A program made the position numbers and the translations under genes. 64,000 nucleotides of DNA from a virus. The DNA is taken from positions 16,271 to 80,270 of the IMG/VR virus record IMGVR_UViG_3300033143_001281; one strand, 5' to 3'. The notes under the pieces were generated by a model that saw only the letters and a list, made by a program, of their open reading frames with translations, was not told the origin of the DNA and ran no database searches. Below, piece by piece: positions 31,301-39,616 of this stretch; position 1 is the stretch's first letter; the number at the start of each line of letters is the position of its first letter.

Positions 31301-31699
31301 GCAATTGTATATAACAATGATCAGACTTCTGGATTATTAAATATTAATCAGCAGTCTACAAATGATCCTTGGGGTAATCTAACATATCCAATAATAAATT
31401 TTAATAGTATAGATATTTTAGCATCTAAAGTTGAACACAAATTTAGATTTAATCAATTTTGGGATATAACAAATGATAGAGGAGAATTTACAAATGTTGA
31501 GCAGTCTATATTTGATACGGAATGTAATGGATATATAAGACCTTTAAATAGTATAAATTTAAATTATAATAAACCTCCAACACAAAGAAAGAAGTTTAGA
31601 CATTATTCAAATCAAGTTATATTAAGAAGACAGCTTTCAGGAAATAGAAAAATGTTATTAAGATTAAATAATACTAAGTTATTACTATCACAAAGATAA
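25376..31699 (+). CDS. Tail stabilisation / muzzle protein with inserted vWA domain
   Basis: 2107 aa with NSFTKGMNKD, YWDDGNNPSR, PIRHHKMP and WTISYDP..KAWISFHDW motifs typical of crAss muzzle proteins. The vWA insert spans ~30115-30780. Confidence 0.78.
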   Translation: MAKKRSSSSNNRQRQSRTSSSVQTNSFTKGMNKDIAPSLENNQSWWHARNAANNSEDGDVGVIGNEPANLACGVIPYTIIGAVHRYGDEWIVYSTDDINSEIGKFDDSECKYETLVNDPCLNFNRKYLITGAAKENFDCTWQVYWDDGNNPSRTLNIDDIPWKKVQVTGPDIDGSDCVTYEVIEPKRLDCEQIRLAPLVDTPCIVLSNSTDSGMIRNGAYQVFVAYVENEVRVTDYIGISNIQTIWSHEGSNGSLNISLSNLDKDYEYYEVVLLRRNQGQTSAKRIGFYSVQQSDINIDYIDESLPAVSLETIPLRSPAYEKSESMFVVNDWLIRQGPTEQFDFNYQPDANNIQVEWVANAENTNFYYKGGNKYNFLRDEQYAFFIRWIYNTGERSSSYHIPGRAPESYTTPSGLVYQEDEIIYGDNVLDTVSGDKLFKVYNTASVTSLVTEELDDGTVVYARGKMGYWESTERYPMKPDIWGDLCGKPIRHHKMPSEETSNALALTNTSGDLINILGVQFSNIARPKYNDGTFIPNVVGYEILRGSRLGAKSILAKGLFRNMRKYTVPNPEDLIGNNVQGLYVNYPYNDLRPDIYFHTGGSGSLKRTDGCDSFDGSMTSYQALGDEPDIGGEPAGYSRKVFSFSSPDLMFTKPFLNAYETRIYGQLSGNATGRFKQSEDHPQFKLLRGGAALVASIIGFGYAIHQIRGTEGRRMNSTGGNMTSISGKGEEIKGTEQRGNNGFVTLTVPPGVATVNWSPRSGGVISGGDWEIQDPAKLTTYQTAATAAVGASSGSSLALSLLMESLAGIGDLYTGGLVTEIQEGAQITQNAGHASVLGVNSGIQTNTRTKDTSTSNIPQIFRTITGLLSTQTNLAIGGNEIIELLYNLADESSFAYKYNSEGFFFDFSNQTNGLWRIKNTDSNYIGQSFQTFNQGEYKINNLYRPSTVAVALDKELTDPATVDTSRFSIGGELNLTLNAAGEYVSSTPVEFSDSYLLEPTTERGSTISAYYGALKFNFDNQYGQLSGIKQVQMRGCVELLDPDKPDEYLYSSKPIFAGDTFVGRYTEKVIMPIFSNYLLGQPDNYTFDYSLYVNIPYPRWWLNSQRYDITPLAREIATLGLVSTGSLEALYPNDLFYLDRGNDSCATGFNALFNDDDPNPTFEMLYAYMYTHINGMLDFYVESEINLDQRDWEDEPAKRIYSVYDYNDTDELFHAAIEKEDNFYKYDESLSVGKFPTQMASFAEVQRLDYDPYIAETCYVNYPKRLIYSLQAQEESRKDYWRVFLNNNYRDFKNDVSVIKPINKSGALIFFPHLSPQMFQGLDTLKTQLDTKLTIGDGGLFSQPFQNVANADISNEYGSCESLRGVINTPVGLFFISQAQGKIFQYAGKGLQPISNQGMKWWFAKYLPSKFIKQFPNSETSVWTDNPVQGVGCQVIYDSVDDVVYFMKKDYKLKSQYIATAEFVDTDYKPVIVETVPGVKVNVDIGDPIYFDDCSWTISYDPKVKAWISFHDWHPELALPSINHFFTTKTTTTTIPQCPPGYSYNPSNGLCEIAINQTVDATIVVDEITENVVSGGPVNCLVDVVIAMDTSGSTNSANRRQAQLALVAAFLADPQIVTLMNNAQMQIGFTEWDTTTQPYNIPNPAGGTWSMSNTVTNAAVQNWYNSVWCVGGGCGTSEIVGLNGAQALINNKAGSQLGDRSAQPNFRNVILFITDTTGTPGAQTGQPFQSSNVGTGTGPANQFLYGIYCGATNATPPSTATLNAITQTTGPVNVDPFQFGINAANPATFQPVANAIAGAVCGTDYECECPTGYTLVYPDPVTSSYSSATGTCTDVPGEAPICRRVTCECPPVVVPGTVVTELGTCPDSAPGIYDIGDPNWVDPDPRRCNFYFYESTTANFEVGSFWRHNVRCDLFANYYNEDYPWEIDLISNTGQSVNTVRSFEYQLETYVYKGDPQYNMCGGDKWEDLDFNFDRAIVYNNDQTSGLLNINQQSTNDPWGNLTYPIINFNSIDILASKVEHKFRFNQFWDITNDRGEFTNVEQSIFDTECNGYIRPLNSINLNYNKPPTQRKKFRHYSNQVILRRQLSGNRKMLLRLNNTKLLLSQR

Positions 31700-32997
31700 T
31701 GAAAGAATCATTTGAATATAGCACAGTCAGAGGTTTGCCGGGTGGGCCTAACGAAGAAATTACTTATGTAACAGGTGTTTTTTCTATAGAGGGTTATAAA
31801 AGAAACTCACCTGATGTAAACAATCCTTATAATATTATACCATCAGCAGATATTACTATGAAGGGTGTAGATTTTCCAGTTAGAGGATATGGTAATAATG
31901 GTATTGTTCAAGATATGATACCCGGAAAAGAAAATTATAACTATGGAGATGCAGATTATGTTGTTGAAGTTCCAATGGCTGAAACTGGTGGTGAAGGTAG
32001 ATGTTGGCCTGGATATAAACCTGTTAGTGGAAAATTAGCATATACTTCTGGTAGTTGTGAAAAAGCGCAGGATGGTACAGAAACACAACCTATAGAGCTT
32101 GATGAAGTTGTTGTTAAAGCATATAATTTAAATAAGCTAACTGAAGATGAAAGAAAGCTTTATAACATTTTTAGAACAGGTGTAGGAAGATTGCAAATGA
32201 TAGATAACCCTGATTATAATCCAAACTGGAAAGATAACCCATCAGAAAACATAGGTATTGTAAGAAGAGAAAAAATACCAATGAAAGATGAAGATGGTAG
32301 ATCAGTGAGAGTAAAAGATTTTATGCCTAATTTAAAATTATATAAAAAGATTGATGGAAATAATGTTGAATTTGATGTTTCTTTTGAAGATGCTTTACGT
32401 TTATATAGAGAAGCTGGATCACCAACTATATCTAATAAACCAGGTTTTATGGCAAGATTAATGCCTGAAAAATATAAAGTTAATAAAAAATCTGGAGATT
32501 TTAGAGCTCATGCTAATCCGGTTTTTAATAAAATTTATATACCAGAGGGATCGGGTCCAAGTTATTTTAAACCTTTTCTTGCTGAAATAGCTCACATACA
32601 TCCAGATTATAATTTTTTACCAACATTATCGGGTACACTAGACAGAATAAAAAGGTCATATCAAGAAAGTGATTTTATAATACCTGGTCCTGGTTTTATA
32701 CCTTTACCTACTAAAATAGCAGATGATAGTAATTATAAAAGCAAAAAAGATTTTGAATATAAAACTCATCAGATAGCAGAAAAAAATATTGCAGATGCTT
32801 ATTTTAAAAGAAAGGAAAAAGGCGGGCAAGTAAAAGAAATGTTTAGTACATATGCAAATTACATTAATGGAAAAGATAAAAGTCAAAATGCTAAAAAAGC
32901 ATTTGATAAACTAAATAGAATCTATTATAAAGATGCTAAGAAAAGTGGGATGGGCGTAGCTAATTTTATTGCTACATATATTATTCCAAATTCTTAA
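31699..32997 (+). CDS. Putative cargo/internal virion protein with modular architecture
   Basis: TAATG overlap with the muzzle gene. Contains GYKRNSPD...ITMKGV, a CWPGY module and a zincin-like AEIAH segment, separated by AxxGG/AQDG linkers. Confidence 0.6.
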   Translation: MKESFEYSTVRGLPGGPNEEITYVTGVFSIEGYKRNSPDVNNPYNIIPSADITMKGVDFPVRGYGNNGIVQDMIPGKENYNYGDADYVVEVPMAETGGEGRCWPGYKPVSGKLAYTSGSCEKAQDGTETQPIELDEVVVKAYNLNKLTEDERKLYNIFRTGVGRLQMIDNPDYNPNWKDNPSENIGIVRREKIPMKDEDGRSVRVKDFMPNLKLYKKIDGNNVEFDVSFEDALRLYREAGSPTISNKPGFMARLMPEKYKVNKKSGDFRAHANPVFNKIYIPEGSGPSYFKPFLAEIAHIHPDYNFLPTLSGTLDRIKRSYQESDFIIPGPGFIPLPTKIADDSNYKSKKDFEYKTHQIAEKNIADAYFKRKEKGGQVKEMFSTYANYINGKDKSQNAKKAFDKLNRIYYKDAKKSGMGVANFIATYIIPNS

Positions 32998-33026
32998 ACC
33001 CTAAAGATTAGTGAATCTCCTTAATT

Positions 33027-33048
33027 ATTTGTATATTAATAATATAAT
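33027..33048 (+). promoter_or_regulatory. Putative phage promoter motif (TTTGTATATTAATAATAT)
   Basis: Recurring motif upstream of ORF 33058. Confidence 0.45.
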
Positions 33049-33057
33049 ATTAGCAAA

Positions 33058-36000
33058 ATGGATCTAAATAAAATAAGTTTAAAACAACAAGGTGGGGATG
33101 CTATGATTCCAAATGAACCGGGTATGAGAAATGAACCCAAAGTAGATCCTGCTATTCAACAAATTACTGAGTTTTTTGCACAAGCAATTGAGTCAGGTCA
33201 AAGACCTGAAGATGTTGTTATTTCTTTGATGGATAAACAAGTTGATCAAGAAACTATCATTCAAGTTCTTACAGGTATAGGTTATGAACAAAATGACTTA
33301 GAAGTTTTGTTTCAAAACATTCAAGAAAGAACTAACCCTGCACCTCCAACAGATCAACAGATAAATCAAAATCCTGAACAGTTAGCAAGACAACAAAAGA
33401 TACAAGAAGAGCAAGAAGGTTTAAACGTTAATATAGATCCTATTGAAATGGCTAAATCTGGTATTGAAATTAAGCCAGAAAATAGAGGTAAGTTTACTAA
33501 GTGGGCTAAAGCACGTGGTATGACTGTTAAAGAAGCATATACAAAGGTTTTAAAAAATAAAGATAGATACCCTGCATCAGTTGTAAAGATGGCTAATTTT
33601 GCACGTAATGCAGCTGGTTGGAAAAAAGGACAAGAGGGTGTTGAAATACCAAGCCAAGCTTTAGATGTAGTTGAACCATCTGCTTTGGAAAGAATGCAAG
33701 CTAAACTTCGTAACTTCGTGGCTTAATGAAAAGAGACGAAAGGGCATCATCTATGACTCCAGAAAATTCACCTCTATTCTGGGGCACAGAAGTAATGGGT
33801 GGTATTCCTGAAGGATATGCACTAAATCCATTACAAACAGCGGAGTTTAGAGATGTAAATCAAAATGGTAAAGATGATAGGGAAGAAGGCCTATATATAA
33901 AAAGAGATTTAATACGTAAAGAAGATTTGCCTAAAAGCAATGGTCTAAAAAAAGGTGGGGAGTTTAAACCACATTTAATGTATGATCCAAAGACTGGTAA
34001 AGCTTATGAAGCTAAAGTACCAGCTGATCATGAAAGAATGGCTAAGATGGGATACTTGCATAAAGATGAAATGCAAGGTGGTAAAGCTCAGATGGGTTTT
34101 GAAATGTCTGAGTTAGCAAATTTTCTAAGAACCGTAGAAGGTGATGATCTAACCCAGTATAAACAAAATTATCAAAATAGTTTTATGGCTGAAGGATATA
34201 AACCTAGCCAAGAGGAGTTTGATAGAATGGATCAATCTACAAAAGAAATGTATGTTGAATCTTTTCCTGGTCATTATAAAATATCAGCTGATACACCAAC
34301 AGCTTTAGATTTATACAAGTTAAGATATCAAAATAGTTTTATGATGCCTACACAAACTGATGGGCCTCAATACAAATATGGTGGACCAAAAGGTGAAGAA
34401 GCTTATTTAGCAAGAAGAGATGCTGCAATAAAAGCATCTATGGATAAAGCATATACAGGTAAAGAATTAAATGATGCTATTCAAAAATATGCTAAAAAAG
34501 ATAATATTTATATTACAGGTAAGGACGGCAATGTGATATATGATGGTAGAAGTAATGAATCTCCTGCTGCTAATGGAGTAGTTACAAATCCATTTTATGT
34601 AAACCCTTTAATATTTAGTTCAGGTAAAAGTTTTCAGCCGGGTAGACTTGTAAATGATATTACTGATTTATATATGGGTGTTATTGGAACAGAAGATAGT
34701 CCTGGTATAATAGGTTATGGAGGAGCAGAAGCTAACTATTTACAAAATCAAAAAGATAAATATGAAAATGCAACATTTGAATATAAAGCAGATGATTCAC
34801 CAGAAAATATAGAAGCTATAAAAGCTTACATGAAACAATATGCTTTAGAGAATCCTAATGTAGAAGATGCAATTGCTAATTTACCAAATATTAAAACTAG
34901 TGAAAGAAAAGTAGATAAAGCATTAAACTCATTTACAGATTGGTTTAAAAATGCAGGACAAAATGTAAAACAAGGTGGTCAAGAAACATATAATGCTATC
35001 ATAGATATGATACAAGGTACTAAGGGTACTAGCACAAGAACACCGGGTATAGTTCCTGATGCTCAACTTGGTAATGGTGAATTTGGTGATTTTGATGTTA
35101 TGACAGAAGATAACCCATATGGTTTACCAAATTGGATGTTTGATTTAACTGTAGATCCTGGTCAAACTAATTATATGGAAGACACAAGGGCTGTGGCAGA
35201 TGCACAGTTAGCAAAAAAGTTTCCTGGTTTAGGTGATACACCTTTGCAAGAAGAACAAAATAAACAACGTGAAAATCAAGAAAGAGATGCACAATTAACT
35301 GCAGATGAATTATTTGAAAAAATAGAACCTGGTACTATGGATATAGATACCAATGAAGGATTCTTTGAAAAAGCAGAAAGATTTGGTAATAGCACAGCTG
35401 TTAGACTGGCTGATCAACTTGCAGATAGTACAGTTAAAATTTTTAGTAATGTAAATGACATTTATGCTGATCAAGCTGTTGATGAAGCACAAGTAGATTT
35501 TTATAATACTAGAGGTGCAGATTTTGTAGCTCCAGTTGTTACTGATGCTTTATTTAAAAGAGGAAAAGGACCAGATATAAATTCAGGTATTTATGGTTCT
35601 GAGGGAGATGCAACTACAGGTTTATATTTAACCAAGAAAGGTGGTGAACCTAGTAATGCAGGTTTTCAAGCTTTGCCAGATTATGTTCAAGATAAGATAA
35701 TGAAAAGACAAAATGGTGGAGAAGAAATATATAACAATCCTTTTGGTGATCTAAGATCTTTTACAGATGATTTGAATCAATATCAAGATGGAAATGGTGA
35801 GATGACAAAAGATGAATTAATGAGTCAAATAATGGATCTTAGAAGTCAAGTAGAAAAAGAGGACTCAAGGATTCAAAATTTCCAAAGTAATATTGACAAG
35901 TTATATAGAGGCTTTTTAACATCTAAAGAAGTGGATGATGAGGAACTAAGAAAAGCGCAACTAGCAGAGATATTAGGTGCTGATTCTTCCATTGATCCTG

Positions 36001-36711
36001 CTTTATTTAATACTATTGAAGGTGATTATGGACAGCGTGTTGTAGGATTAGATAGTATTCCAGCAGCAACTAGAAAGTGGTTACAAAGTGGGACTAATGC
36101 AGGTTATGGTTGTACAAGCTATGGTTGCGGAATATTAAGACAAGCAGGTGCAACAACTGCAGAAGGCAAACCTTTTCCAATTATATCAGGAAATAGCCAA
36201 CTTAATAGTATGATTGAACGCAATGAAGGAGGTTTAGGAATGCAATTAATGGAACCTGGTTTTACTGATTTATTACCAGGTGATAGAGTTGTATCTAATT
36301 ATAGTACTTCAGGTGGATCTGGTTCTGCACATACAATGATATTTACTGGAGATTATGATGAAAGCGGTTCTCCTATAATGATGGAAAATAGTGGTGGTAG
36401 AGTTAGAGGTGGAGTAAGTTATAGATCATTGAGTGATATTAAAGGTTATCAAGATACTAGTGATCCTGAATCAGGATTAAGAGTAACAAGATATGTGGGT
36501 CAAGCACCTGAATTACGCACTCAACTAAGAGATTTACAAAGAGAATTAGACCGTAGAAATATGGCTGATATACCTTTAAAAACTAGACCTATAGCACAGC
36601 TTTCAACTTTAACCACCTACTTTTCAAAAAAGCGGTGGTGAAACAATAAATGTTGATGCTACAATGTTAGCTAAATTAATTGCAGCAGGAGCTGATATAG
36701 AAATGTTATAA
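33058..36711 (+). CDS. Putative cargo/ejection polyprotein with a papain-like (NlpC/P60-CHAP) domain; appears split by two indels
   Basis: Removing the 8-nt duplication at 33704-33719 fuses 33058-33726 with 33726-36641. A +1 shift at ~36612-36638 adds FQKSGGETINVDATMLAKLIAAGADIEML, ending at TAA 36711, 2 nt before the next ATG. Confidence 0.6.
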
Positions 36712-36713
36712 TT

Positions 36714-39557
36714 ATGGCAAAAATTAAAATAAATAAATTACCAAAAGGATTTAAACTTGTTGATGGTAAAGTTGTAGAAGAAAAAGTCATGCGAAATGGT
36801 GGAGACATTTATTCTACAGGTGATCAAGCTGATTATGGTTTAGTTACAACACCTCAAGAGTATTATGGGCAAACAATGTTTAATAATACAGATGACCAAT
36901 CTACAAGATATAGTTTATCTGGAGTACCACGTGAAGATGCAAACATTGAAGCAGAAGGTGGTGAGACAGTGCTTACTGATTTAAATGATGATGGTAATTT
37001 TGGTTTATATAATATTACTGGTCCAAGACATTCACAAGGTGGTGTGCCAATGTTTTTACCAGAACAATCTTTTATTTTTTCAGATACACCTAAATTAAAA
37101 TTTACAAAAGATGAGATGTCAGAATTTGGAATGGGTGGTTCTAAGAAAACACCCGCTAAAATTTCTAAGAATTTTGGTTTGAATAATTATTATGCTGAAT
37201 TAGACTCACAATATGCTGATGAAATATCAGCTGTTAGTGCAGAACTTATGTTAAAAAAGAACATGGAAGACCTTTCAAAATTAGCTTACATGCAAGAAGC
37301 AAAAAAGAATTTTGAAGATGGTGTACCATTAGCAGCACATCCATTTTTATTATCTGAAAATATTGATCCATTACAGTTTACAGCTCAAGTAGAAGATATA
37401 ACACAGCAACAAGCAAGACAAAATGCTATTGCTCAATTATCTCCAGGTCAACAAGAACAATTATTTTTAGTTCAACAAATGTTGCAACAACAACAAAATC
37501 AAGTTGATGCAGCACAGGCTCCTGATCCTTCACAATTTGCAAACCAAATGCAAATGGCTAATGCAGATAACGATATGTTAAGCATGGCTGAATATGGTTA
37601 TGAAATGAGAGAGTTTTTGGATAAAGCTCAAAGAGGTACTGAAATTGTATATAATAGAATGGAGGATGGAGACTATGGTATACCTAGAAAGGCTGAAGCA
37701 ACTGAAGGTATGTATTATGTAAATGCTATACCGGGCAGTGAAGATTTTGGTAAGGGTTATATATTTAAAGATGGTAATTATGTACATGTTGAAACAGTTG
37801 CATTTGATGAAGACTTTAATATAATAAATAGAGTACCTGCTGAAGAAACCGTTACTGATACTGAAGCTATTGATATTGTTGGTTCAGGAAATACTGAAGT
37901 TGTAGAAACAGAAGAAGAAACTACAAATACTAATTCAGAATTTAATCCTTTCCCAATAGGATCTGAAAACTATATAGAAATTGAAAATCTTAAAAAAGAA
38001 GGTTATACATTTTCTATTGTAAGAGATGGACCTGAAAAAGGAAGACTTAGAGCATACAGACCAAGAAAGTCTAGATTTGATGCGCAGGGTGACAGAGAAA
38101 TAGCTCAATATGAAACAACAGGTAGTGGAGGTGATATAAATGTATATGATGACAATGTAAGTTCACAAGGAGATGTATTAAGAAATTCTTCTATAGCAAA
38201 TGAAAGATATGGTAGATTAGCTGGTGTAAGACCTGAGACACAAGGTTTTGCTGGTGGTGATTTTGCATTTGGTACTAAAGAAATTGAATCACAAGAATCA
38301 CAACAAGCATTTGAAAGAATGTGGAGTGATGTTTTAGATGATATAGAAGGTTGGGATTATAGAAGACCAGCATTTAAAAATGAAGAAGATAAAGCAAAGT
38401 ATTTAAGAACAAAAGACAAAAGTCTTTTTGATCCTGAGTGGTTAGGACAATGGAAACAATTTCAAATAAAATCTGAAGAATTAAGAAAAGCAGATGCTAA
38501 AAGATTAGGTATTCCATATGTACCATATTACAAAAATCCAGGTGATGAAGGATACAGAACAGGAGATGGTCCTGATGGTATTCCTGGTTTAAATACCTAT
38601 AATACACCAAGGTTTGACGTAGATGTACAAACAGAAGATGAAAGATTTTTTGATTTACCAAAAAAGAAAGAAAAAATTGAAATAACTGATATAGAAGAAG
38701 CAGAAGGACCAGTTAAAAGGTATTGGGCACAGGATATGAATAATATGACTGCTCTTGGTTTAATGAAAGATGAGTTATTTTTACCTTGGTCACCTAAGTT
38801 AGAAGAACAAAAAATTGATTATGTTTTAGATGATTATACAGGAAGAGTAAATGCAATAATGGGAGCACAGAATGTTATGTCTGGAGCTTTAGGGGCATAT
38901 GGTCCACAGGCTATTGCAAGAAGTAATATTCAAGGTAAGTCACTAAATGAAATAGGTAAAGCTATACAAACAACAAACACTAATAATGTTAATACAATGA
39001 ACCGTGTTGCTGCAGCTCAAGCTTCTATGGATAATAGAATTGATGCAGGTAATGTAGGTATAGAAAGACAGCTTTATGATGATACACAAGCATCATTACA
39101 ACAAAAACAAAATTTTGATAATGCAAAAATTGCTAAGGCAAATGAGTTATGGAATACAGCAATAACAAATGCATCTAATACATATAATATGAATACTATG
39201 TATGATGAGTTTAACATTCGTCCAGATTGGGGTGGAGATGTTATATTTACTGATATTGGAAGAAAACCATATAAGGATACTTCACAAAATAAACAAGAAG
39301 CTTTCTTAGATGCATATACTAAGCTTAGAAAAAATTTACCAGCAGATCAAAAAATAACACCTGAGTTATTGAATATGTACATGCAATTAGGAAATAGTGG
39401 TGGTTATACACCTAGTACACAAGGAAAAGCTGTATTACAACAAAGGGGTTTGACAGGTTACACGGGTAGTAATGTACCGCTTGGAAAAAAAGGAACAGAA
39501 ATAAAAGATTTACCAAATGCATTTCCCAATTTTACAGTAGGTAAGATGGGTGTATAA
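36714..39557 (+). CDS. Putative cargo/ejection protein
   Basis: 947 aa with the NIEAEGGETV...GPRHSQGG motif, Gln-rich stretches and AQRG/KKG linkers; lies between muzzle and RNAP genes. Confidence 0.62.
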   Translation: MAKIKINKLPKGFKLVDGKVVEEKVMRNGGDIYSTGDQADYGLVTTPQEYYGQTMFNNTDDQSTRYSLSGVPREDANIEAEGGETVLTDLNDDGNFGLYNITGPRHSQGGVPMFLPEQSFIFSDTPKLKFTKDEMSEFGMGGSKKTPAKISKNFGLNNYYAELDSQYADEISAVSAELMLKKNMEDLSKLAYMQEAKKNFEDGVPLAAHPFLLSENIDPLQFTAQVEDITQQQARQNAIAQLSPGQQEQLFLVQQMLQQQQNQVDAAQAPDPSQFANQMQMANADNDMLSMAEYGYEMREFLDKAQRGTEIVYNRMEDGDYGIPRKAEATEGMYYVNAIPGSEDFGKGYIFKDGNYVHVETVAFDEDFNIINRVPAEETVTDTEAIDIVGSGNTEVVETEEETTNTNSEFNPFPIGSENYIEIENLKKEGYTFSIVRDGPEKGRLRAYRPRKSRFDAQGDREIAQYETTGSGGDINVYDDNVSSQGDVLRNSSIANERYGRLAGVRPETQGFAGGDFAFGTKEIESQESQQAFERMWSDVLDDIEGWDYRRPAFKNEEDKAKYLRTKDKSLFDPEWLGQWKQFQIKSEELRKADAKRLGIPYVPYYKNPGDEGYRTGDGPDGIPGLNTYNTPRFDVDVQTEDERFFDLPKKKEKIEITDIEEAEGPVKRYWAQDMNNMTALGLMKDELFLPWSPKLEEQKIDYVLDDYTGRVNAIMGAQNVMSGALGAYGPQAIARSNIQGKSLNEIGKAIQTTNTNNVNTMNRVAAAQASMDNRIDAGNVGIERQLYDDTQASLQQKQNFDNAKIAKANELWNTAITNASNTYNMNTMYDEFNIRPDWGGDVIFTDIGRKPYKDTSQNKQEAFLDAYTKLRKNLPADQKITPELLNMYMQLGNSGGYTPSTQGKAVLQQRGLTGYTGSNVPLGKKGTEIKDLPNAFPNFTVGKMGV

Positions 39558-39616
39558 ACTTAAACAGTTTATGCTCAATGCTTTGTAAACTTATTAAATT
39601 ATATTAATTTTGAATT

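Noticed and set aside
36624-36646. A AAA AAG -1 ribosomal frameshift site
   Set aside because: The -1 frame stops within a few codons (GCG GTG GTG AAA CAA TAA). The meaningful continuation is in the +1 frame.
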